Program-made: the position numbers and the translations under genes | Source of the DNA: Chitinophagales bacterium | Lineage (GTDB): Bacteria; Bacteroidota; Bacteroidia; Chitinophagales; UBA10324 | NCBI GenBank assembly: GCA_025057275.1 | Contig: JANWXQ010000105.1 | Coordinates: forward strand, 53,943-117,942 | Length of the DNA stretch: 64,000 nucleotides | Direction of reading: 5' to 3' | Part shown: one piece after another, positions 54,190-61,262 of the stretch | Position numbering within the stretch: the stretch's first letter is position 1 | Layout: each line of letters starts with the position of its first letter | The notes under the pieces: generated by a model | The model's database searches: none | Told to the model about the DNA's origin: nothing | The model's input: only the letters and a program-made list of their open reading frames with translations

Positions 54190-55296
54190 ATGAGCAGCAA
54201 TTTGCATGATCTCCCAACGCTGCATGTTGAGGCGAGGCAAGGACGCTTGCTTTCGTCCCACACTAAAAATAAACGTTTTTATACTTTTACAAAACTATTC
54301 CCTTCACTTTTATTGGCCAAACCAAAAGCAAACCATCGCTCGGAAATTCTGCGTATTGCCCGGGCCACCCTGGAGGCAGAGGCCAGTGCCGTTGCGGGTT
54401 TAGCGCACCGACTGAATGCAACTTTTGTTACCGTCGTGCGTCTGGTGTACCAGTGTCGGGGGCGGCTTATCGTAACCGGCATCGGAAAAAGCGCACTGAT
54501 TGCGCAGAAAATAGTAGCTACCCTCAACTCTACCGGCACGCCCTCTTCCTTTTTGCATGCTGCCGATGCCATCCACGGCGATTTGGGCATGATTCAGCCT
54601 GAAGACCTTCTGCTCTGCATTTCCAACAGCGGAGAAAGTCCTGAAATACGCGTCCTCGTGCCTTTGGTACGGCACAACGGAAATCCCATCATCGCTATGG
54701 TGGGCAATCTGGAAAGCTTTCTGGCCCGCAATGCCGATTATGTTTTGAACGCTTCGGTCAGGCGCGAAGCCTGCCCAAACAATCTGGCCCCTACAGCCAG
54801 CACGGCTGCACAAATGGCTTTGGGCGATGCTTTGGCCATGTGTCTGTTAACCCTGAGGGGATTTTCGCCGGCTGATTTCGCCAAACTGCATCCGGGCGGA
54901 GCCTTGGGCAAGCGCATGTATCTGCGGGTGCGTGACCTGTACGTGCGGCACGAGCCTCCCAAAGTATTGCCTTCCGACAACATGCAAACGGTTATTCTTG
55001 AAATTACCACGAAGCGACTGGGCGCCACGGCAGTGCTTACCCCCAAGGGCAAACTGGCCGGGATCATCACCGATGGCGACCTGCGCCGCCTGATGGAAAG
55101 CCGCTCGCAGTGGAATGGACTTCAGGCCCGCCACGTGATGACGCGGAATCCCAAAACCATTGACGAAAACGAACTTGCCGTCAACGCATTGGAGCTGATG
55201 CGTCGCCACAAAATCACGCAGCTGGTAGTTACCTCCGCAGGCCGCTATGCCGGCATGGTTCATGTGCACGACCTGTTGCAGGAAGGACTGATCTGA
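54190..55296 (+). CDS. kpsF: KpsF/GutQ-family arabinose-5-phosphate isomerase (SIS plus tandem CBS domains)
   Basis: SIS motif LIVTGIGKSALIAQKIVATLNSTGTPS, then CISNSGES and two CBS repeats at the C-terminus. The first ~40 codons have no homologous counterpart in my memory of KpsF. An in-frame TTG at 54313 would give a typical ~327-aa protein. Confidence 0.88.
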   Translation: MSSNLHDLPTLHVEARQGRLLSSHTKNKRFYTFTKLFPSLLLAKPKANHRSEILRIARATLEAEASAVAGLAHRLNATFVTVVRLVYQCRGRLIVTGIGKSALIAQKIVATLNSTGTPSSFLHAADAIHGDLGMIQPEDLLLCISNSGESPEIRVLVPLVRHNGNPIIAMVGNLESFLARNADYVLNASVRREACPNNLAPTASTAAQMALGDALAMCLLTLRGFSPADFAKLHPGGALGKRMYLRVRDLYVRHEPPKVLPSDNMQTVILEITTKRLGATAVLTPKGKLAGIITDGDLRRLMESRSQWNGLQARHVMTRNPKTIDENELAVNALELMRRHKITQLVVTSAGRYAGMVHVHDLLQEGLI

Positions 55297-55344
55297 GCGG
55301 CCACCTTTCTGAATTCGCCTCCGGTCTGCTTTTATCTTCGTGCT

Positions 55345-56427
55345 GTGAAGCGTAACCACTACGCCGTCATCATGGCTGGCGGTATTGGAAGCCGGTTCTG
55401 GCCGTACAGTAAGACCGGATTACCCAAGCAGTTTCTGGATATCCTAGGCGTGGGCAAAACCCTGCTGCAAATGACCTACGATCGGTTGCTCCAGATCGTT
55501 CTTCCCCAGAACATTTTCGTGATCACCAATGCCGATTACGGCGCCACCACCCGCAGCCAGTTGCCTCAGTTGCCTGAATCCAATTTGCTGCTGGAGCCTT
55601 ACCGGAAAAACACGGCTCCCTGTATAGCTTACACCACCCTGCGACTGATCAGTCTGGACCAGAGTGCTTCGGTTGCCTTTTTTCCGTCCGATCATTTCAT
55701 TCTGGGTGAAGACAAATTTGCCGCTGCCGTTACCGCCGCTTTGAAAACCAGCGAGAAAAAAGACGTGATCATCACCATAGGCATCCGCCCCACCCGCCCC
55801 GACACCAACTACGGTTACATACAGTTTCTGGAGCACCGCGAGGAACACGGTCTGTATAAGGTGAAAACATTTGTGGAAAAACCACCGGCGGAAATTGCCT
55901 CTGTGTTCTATCAGAGTGGCGATTTCCTTTGGAATGCGGGCATTTTCATCAGCAATGTGCGCACCCTGCTCAATGCCTATCAGCATTACCTGCCTGAAGT
56001 CATTCAGTACTTCAAGGAAATCCGACGATGGCTCAATACGCCGGAAGAGCCCGCTATGGTATCGCGAGCCTATTCCCTGTGCCCCAACATCAGCATCGAT
56101 AATGCCATCATGGAAAAAGCCCGCAACGTTATGGTCATGCCGGCCGCCTTCGGTTGGAGCGACCTGGGCACCTGGGCTTCCCTTTATCAGGCATTCCCCA
56201 AAGACTATCTGGGAAATGCCGTTAAGGGAAAGAACGTCATGATTTACGATGCGCAAAACTGTATGGTCATGGTGCCCGACCACAAACTTGTGGTGCTGGA
56301 AGGGCTGGAAGACTTCATCGTCGTGGATACGGAAGAAGTCTTGCTCGTTTGCCGACGCGATCAGGAACAACGAATTAAAGAAATCATAATGGATATTCGG
56401 CTGAAGAAAGGCGATCGCTTTGTTTAA
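55345..56427 (+). CDS. manC: Mannose-1-phosphate guanylyltransferase (GDP-mannose pyrophosphorylase, no isomerase domain)
   Basis: 360 aa with a GTG start. It contains YAVIMAGGIGSRFWPYSKTGLPKQF, FPSDHFI, YGYIQ, FVEKP, WNAGIF and WSDLGTW. Confidence 0.88.
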   Translation: MKRNHYAVIMAGGIGSRFWPYSKTGLPKQFLDILGVGKTLLQMTYDRLLQIVLPQNIFVITNADYGATTRSQLPQLPESNLLLEPYRKNTAPCIAYTTLRLISLDQSASVAFFPSDHFILGEDKFAAAVTAALKTSEKKDVIITIGIRPTRPDTNYGYIQFLEHREEHGLYKVKTFVEKPPAEIASVFYQSGDFLWNAGIFISNVRTLLNAYQHYLPEVIQYFKEIRRWLNTPEEPAMVSRAYSLCPNISIDNAIMEKARNVMVMPAAFGWSDLGTWASLYQAFPKDYLGNAVKGKNVMIYDAQNCMVMVPDHKLVVLEGLEDFIVVDTEEVLLVCRRDQEQRIKEIIMDIRLKKGDRFV

Positions 56428-57761
56428 GCGGCTGATGGGCTGCGCCTTACCCGAACCGCTTCATACAGCAAAAAGGCAAAAACCACCCCGTACTCCACGG
56501 CCAGCAGCCACGATACCTCCTCGTAAGGCACCTTCCGGTATGCTGCATACGAGGCAACGGCCAGGGCCGACCATACCACCGGAAATCGTAAGCCGGTCAG
56601 CGGCGACAACAAAACCAGCGTGCTCAGATACCAGGGATGCACAACGGGCGAAAGGAAAAAGTAAATCGACAGCGATGCCAGCATCATCATCGGCAGGCGC
56701 TCCAGAGTGGGCCGCTGCTCCCGAATCGCCAGAAAGATGATGCTTCCAGCAGCTACGGTGCCCAGCACCGGCCCCAATACCTGAATGGGATTATAGCCGT
56801 ACACATGCTCACCGATCCAACGCAGCAACCGATAGATGCTGCCGTTAAATTCAAAGCTCCGGAAATAGAGCTGCAGCGACTGACTCAGGTGGTCCCATGC
56901 GGAGCGGTCAGCAAAAGGAACAAACATCAGCCCAAACAACGCCAGCGTAACCGCAGCAAATGGAATAAACCGCCGACCCAGCCGCCGGGGGAGAAATAGC
57001 AAAAACATAAGCGGAAGCAGTTTGGCCGATGCCGCCGCTGCCCACGACGCTGCAGCTGCAGGCAACGGGCCGGACAGCAACAACCGCATGCCGAGAACAA
57101 GAAAAAAAATCATGATGCCTTCCATGTGCAGGTTGCCGGTCAGTTCGGTGATGACCAGTGGATTCAATCCGTACCACATCGCTTCGGCAGGCTGACGCCC
57201 CAGCCGCCGCAACAGGCCGGGAAGCATCAGCAACGTTCCCGCTTCTGCCACCAGAAGAAAGAGGCGCAAAACAAGCACGCCGCCAAATACATCGCCTCCC
57301 CCTGCGGCTGCCACACGGAAAACGCCCTGTAGCAGGGGAGGGTAAACAGAGTAATACTCCGGGGAATTCATCGCATGCAGCAACTCAGGAAGCGGAGCCT
57401 GTACGGCCATCCCGCGTTGGGCCACCTCCACGGGTCGCAGCGCATAGGGATTGATTCCGTTATGCCATACATGACCGTCCCACAGAAAACGGTTGAAGTC
57501 ATCGCTCAGCGCCGGCACCGACGCTGCATAAAACAACCGAAACAGCATAGCCACCGCCAGCCACTGAGTGATGGATAAAGCGGCGATGTTTTTTATTAAA
57601 AAAAGATACAATGCAAAAAGCGATAGCCACACAACGGCCAGAGCGAAAAACTGTTCGCGCGGCAAGCCGTAGGCCAGCACCAGATGGCCGGCTGTTGCAG
57701 CCCCGAGCGCCGCTGCAAGATCAGGCCTGCGCCACCCGAACCTCCAGCCTGCGGCGCGCAT
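56424..57761 (-). CDS. Polytopic GT-C-like membrane glycosyltransferase (DUF2029/GT87/PIG-M-like)
   Basis: About 445 aa with at least 10 TM helices. The first extracytoplasmic loop motif, ALSDDFNRFLWDGHVWHNGINPY, is typical of polyprenyl-phosphate-sugar-dependent GT-C enzymes. An ATG at 57761 was chosen (TTG at 57779). Either start overlaps the 3' end of the upstream GT2 gene by 41-59 nt. Confidence 0.68.
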   Translation of the reverse strand: MRAAGWRFGWRRPDLAAALGAATAGHLVLAYGLPREQFFALAVVWLSLFALYLFLIKNIAALSITQWLAVAMLFRLFYAASVPALSDDFNRFLWDGHVWHNGINPYALRPVEVAQRGMAVQAPLPELLHAMNSPEYYSVYPPLLQGVFRVAAAGGGDVFGGVLVLRLFLLVAEAGTLLMLPGLLRRLGRQPAEAMWYGLNPLVITELTGNLHMEGIMIFFLVLGMRLLLSGPLPAAAASWAAAASAKLLPLMFLLFLPRRLGRRFIPFAAVTLALFGLMFVPFADRSAWDHLSQSLQLYFRSFEFNGSIYRLLRWIGEHVYGYNPIQVLGPVLGTVAAGSIIFLAIREQRPTLERLPMMMLASLSIYFFLSPVVHPWYLSTLVLLSPLTGLRFPVVWSALAVASYAAYRKVPYEEVSWLLAVEYGVVFAFLLYEAVRVRRSPSAA

Positions 57762-59235
57762 GAACCAGAGAAACCACAAACACCCAGATAAATCCTATGG
57801 CCAGCAACAGATGGAACGCTACCATCATCCACTCCTGCCGCCAGACTGATATCAAAACGGCTGCAGCAAAAAACAAACCCAACAGTCCTTCAGCCACTAC
57901 GCTGCCCCCCAACCGATGCGTGACGTAGCGGTTGTGCCTCCACTCTTCCCCCTTACGGCGCACATTGAACTTAGGGGTTCGCACAAAGGCTGTACTGCGG
58001 CCCAAAAGACCCTCCAGCACGGCTAATGCATTTTGCAACGAAAGGCCCAGGTACACTGTCAGCAGCAGCAGATACCTCTTGACAAAGTGCAACAACGACG
58101 TCTCCCGTTCATGATGCGCTTTGTAGCTGGTCCAGAAGAACAATCCAAAATTCACCAAGCTCCACAGCGATAGTACAGCAAGTACCATCCACAAGGGATG
58201 ATCCGGGTGGTACCGCTTCAGCATCGCCACCGGCACGCTGAGCAGGGCCATAAGCAATATGGCCAGAAATGCTGTGCTGTTTAACAGATGAAAAAAAGCA
58301 TGAATACGTACGGTTAACGGCAGCCGGTCTTTCAGGACGCTGACCAGGTGCTTGCGTGCACATTCTGCTGCCCCTTTGTTCCACCGGAACTGCTGGCTTC
58401 TTACTGCTTCCAAGGTTACCGGCAACTCAGCAGGCACCACCAGGTCCTCTACATACACAAAGCGCCATCCCAGCCGCTGTGCACGGTAGCTGAGGTCTAA
58501 GTCCTCAGTCAGCGTGTCGGTTGCCCAGCCACCGGAGCTGACAATGCAGCTCTTCCGCCAAACGCCTGCTGTTCCGTTGAAGTTGATGAAGAAGCCTGCC
58601 GAGTTTCTTCCGGCCTGTTCCACGGTGAAATGTGCATCCAGGGCCATGGCCTGCAATTCGGTGAGCAGCGAATAGTCGCGGTTGATATGACCCCAGCGCC
58701 CCTGAACCACGCCCACTTGCGGATCGGAAAAATGCGAGAGTGCACGCAGCAAAAAATCCGGATGAGGCACAAAGTCGGCATCTAGAATGGCGATAAACGA
58801 ACCTCGTGCCTGTTCCAATCCGTAAGCCAATGCTCCAGCCTTAAATCCGCTGCGGTGCTGCCGCCTCAGGTGAACCACCTGAAGCCCCCGATCTTTAAGC
58901 TCCGGTAACATGTGTTCAATAAGGGAAGTCGTTTCGTCGGTAGAATCATCCAGGATCTGAATTTCCAGCCGGTCGCGCGGATAATTCAGTCGGGAAACGG
59001 CATCCAGCAGGCGCTGAATGACATACAGCTCATTGTACACCGGCAACTGAACGGTTACATAAGGCAGTGGCTCAGGCAATGCCGAGCGGACTGCAGCAAA
59101 TCCTGAAGTGCTTTTTTTTCTCTTTTTTAAATAAATAAAAACCAAATGCAACTGCGCAAGGCTGTATCCGAGCAGGAACAAAGCAGCAGTGCCGTACAGG
59201 AAAAGCAGTAAAGCCAGTTCCAAACGATAGATCAT
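57721..59235 (-). CDS. Membrane-embedded GT2 glycosyltransferase with D,D,D,QxxRW motifs (CslA/processive-synthase or glycolipid-synthase-like)
   Basis: 504 aa. N-terminal TM helix, then ILDDSTDET, ILDADFVP, TEDLDLSYRA and QQFRWNKG, then four or more C-terminal TM helices. Confidence 0.85.
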   Translation of the reverse strand: MIYRLELALLLFLYGTAALFLLGYSLAQLHLVFIYLKKRKKSTSGFAAVRSALPEPLPYVTVQLPVYNELYVIQRLLDAVSRLNYPRDRLEIQILDDSTDETTSLIEHMLPELKDRGLQVVHLRRQHRSGFKAGALAYGLEQARGSFIAILDADFVPHPDFLLRALSHFSDPQVGVVQGRWGHINRDYSLLTELQAMALDAHFTVEQAGRNSAGFFINFNGTAGVWRKSCIVSSGGWATDTLTEDLDLSYRAQRLGWRFVYVEDLVVPAELPVTLEAVRSQQFRWNKGAAECARKHLVSVLKDRLPLTVRIHAFFHLLNSTAFLAILLMALLSVPVAMLKRYHPDHPLWMVLAVLSLWSLVNFGLFFWTSYKAHHERETSLLHFVKRYLLLLTVYLGLSLQNALAVLEGLLGRSTAFVRTPKFNVRRKGEEWRHNRYVTHRLGGSVVAEGLLGLFFAAAVLISVWRQEWMMVAFHLLLAIGFIWVFVVSLVHARRRLEVRVAQA

Positions 59236-59930
59236 CGCAGTGCATATTTAAACACAGTAAACAAAATTTTGTATCCGGCCAGAACGGTACCGCGCACCGT
59301 ACCGGACACCTTGGATTGTCCGATGCGCACCCGGTAGGGCACAGCCACCTCGCAACACCGGAGGCCCTGCCGGGCTGCTTTTACCTGCATTTCTACCGTC
59401 CAACCGTAATTGCGATCGCTCATACCCAGTTGCATGAGGCTTGTCCAGCGAATGGCGCGAAAGGGTCCCAGATCGGAAAAGCGATAGCCATACAGCCAAC
59501 GGATCAGGGTAGTAGCCAGTTGATTGCCCCAACGCTGCGCAATAGTCATGGACCCCGGCTGCCGAAGCGCGGCCACCCGCGTCCCGATCACCAGGTCGGC
59601 CTCCCCGTTGCGGATCGGAGCAATCAGCTGACCGAGCATTGCGGGGTCATCCGCAAAGTCGGCATCCAGAAAGACAACAAGGTCCGGAACCCTGGACAGG
59701 CCGCTCAAATAGGCCAGTCCGCGCAGGCAGGCCGCGCCATACCCCTTTTCCGGTTCTTCCAAAACCGTAGCGCCGGCTTCGGCTGCTACCTGTGCCGTTT
59801 GGTCTTTGCTCCCGTTGTCCACCACCACTATGTGGCGCACCTCCGACCGGTCAATGGCTTTTACCACCAGACCGACAGACTGCTGTTCATTCAGCGCCGG
59901 AATAATAACATCTACAACAACGGACACCAA
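59232..59930 (-). CDS. Soluble GT2 glycosyltransferase, polyprenyl-phosphate-sugar synthase (DPM1/Ppm1)-like
   Basis: 232 aa with a TTG start. It contains VIIPALNEQQSVG, VVVDNGSKDQT, FLDADFADDP and RIGQSKVSG (an R-x-G-x-SK motif as in DPM synthases). Its stop overlaps the ATG of the next gene (ATGA, 4 nt). Confidence 0.75.
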   Translation of the reverse strand: MVSVVVDVIIPALNEQQSVGLVVKAIDRSEVRHIVVVDNGSKDQTAQVAAEAGATVLEEPEKGYGAACLRGLAYLSGLSRVPDLVVFLDADFADDPAMLGQLIAPIRNGEADLVIGTRVAALRQPGSMTIAQRWGNQLATTLIRWLYGYRFSDLGPFRAIRWTSLMQLGMSDRNYGWTVEMQVKAARQGLRCCEVAVPYRVRIGQSKVSGTVRGTVLAGYKILFTVFKYALR

Positions 59931-59982
59931 CTACAAGGAGCGTCCCAAATTTAAGAGCGCTTTAGCCGGACATGCATATGGC

Positions 59983-60504
59983 TTACCTGCTTGACTCACG
60001 CGGTTCAAAAACCAGCGCCGCTGAATTGATGCAATACCGCAAGCCTGTTGGCGGAGGACCGTCAGGAAATACATGACCCAGGTGGCTGCCGCATCGGCTG
60101 CAAACCACTTCGGTACGCACCATACCGTAACTGTAATCGGGAAATTCCTTGAGTGCTTCTGGATTGGCCGGTCGCAAAAAACTGGGCCATCCGGTACCGG
60201 AATCGAATTTATCGTCCGACAAAAACAGTTCCTGCCCATCGGCCGGGCAACGGTAAACCCCTTGCTCGTGGTGATTCCAATAGGCGCCGGTAAAGGCTCG
60301 CTCCGTGCCTTTCTGTCGCATGATGCGAAACTGCTCTTCGGTGAGCAGCTGCTTCCATTCCTGTTCGGTTTTAACCACAGGAAACTGTTCGTTCATGGCT
60401 TCAGGTGAATGTTTCTTTTGTCCGCAGGCCTCAAGAGCCGCACAGATCAAAAATAACGTAACCGCACGGCCAAGCCTGTCGGAAGAGCAAATGCGGTTCC
60501 GCAT
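59983..60504 (-). CDS. msrB: Peptide-methionine (R)-S-oxide reductase, lipoprotein form
   Basis: 173 aa. Lipobox-like LICAALEACGQ, then YRCPADGQELF, CSRCGSHLGHVF and the catalytic region GLRYCINSAAL. Confidence 0.92.
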   Translation of the reverse strand: MRNRICSSDRLGRAVTLFLICAALEACGQKKHSPEAMNEQFPVVKTEQEWKQLLTEEQFRIMRQKGTERAFTGAYWNHHEQGVYRCPADGQELFLSDDKFDSGTGWPSFLRPANPEALKEFPDYSYGMVRTEVVCSRCGSHLGHVFPDGPPPTGLRYCINSAALVFEPRESSR

Positions 60505-60594
60505 AGGGAATGCTTTTAATCAAATACGAAGTTACCGCTGCTGCAGTTTGGCGATGCTTTTGCGCCGTTGACTTAAGAATAGGTACAGGTCAGC

Positions 60595-60602
60595 TATATT
60601 TG
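60595..60602 (+). promoter_or_regulatory. Candidate -7 promoter element TATATTTG (TAnnTTTG) upstream of acpH
   Basis: Exact pattern match, 59 nt before the TTG start at 60662. The octamer is identical to the one at 39421-39428. Confidence 0.3.
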
Positions 60603-60661
60603 AAAAGCGCCTGTCGGCTATTATTCCCCCATCGTGTCAGGCGTCGGGCAAAAATCTTTTC

Positions 60662-61249
60662 TTGAACCACCTGGCTCATTTGTTTTTGTCAGCCCACTCC
60701 GAACCGCTCATGGTGGGAAATTTTATTGCCGATTCCGTTAAGGGTCGCCGCTGGAACGATTATTCTCCTGCTGTTTCCCAGGGCATTCTCATGCACCGCG
60801 CCATTGACTCGTTTACCGACACGCATGCACTGGTTTCTGAAAGCAAACAACTGCTGCGTCCGCATTACGGTCTGTACAGTGGCATACTGGTGGACCTGTT
60901 TTACGATCATTTCCTTGCTGCCGGCTGGCATCGCTTCAGTGCGCTGCCGCTTGCTGCATTTGCTGCAAAGGTCTATGCCGTACTGGAGTCCTATTTGCCC
61001 ATCATGCCTGAGCGTAATCGCATCATGTTTCCTTATATGAAACAGGAAAACTGGCTAATTCGCTACGCAACCGTTAACGGCATTCGGCTGACCTTGCACC
61101 AATTAAGCCGGAGAATGCCCAGCCGACCCGACTTCACGGATGCACATGAGTTTTTGCTGCGCCACCACGAATTGCTTCAGCAACACTTCGACCGATTTTT
61201 TCCCGACTTACAAAATTTTTTGCATAACAGGTGGCCGTCGGCGGCCTGA
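60662..61249 (+). CDS. acpH: Acyl carrier protein phosphodiesterase
   Basis: 195 aa with a TTG start. It starts MNHLAHLFLSAHSEPLMVGNFIADSVKG, followed by HRAIDSFTDTH. These match the typical AcpH N-terminus. Confidence 0.85.
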   Translation: MNHLAHLFLSAHSEPLMVGNFIADSVKGRRWNDYSPAVSQGILMHRAIDSFTDTHALVSESKQLLRPHYGLYSGILVDLFYDHFLAAGWHRFSALPLAAFAAKVYAVLESYLPIMPERNRIMFPYMKQENWLIRYATVNGIRLTLHQLSRRMPSRPDFTDAHEFLLRHHELLQQHFDRFFPDLQNFLHNRWPSAA

Positions 61250-61262
61250 GTTCAGTCTGACC

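Noticed and set aside
60568-60600. Sigma-70-like TTGACT ... TATATT pair upstream of acpH
   Set aside because: The spacer is 21 nt, too long for a canonical -35/-10 promoter. I kept only the TATATTTG octamer as a Bacteroidota-type -7 candidate.
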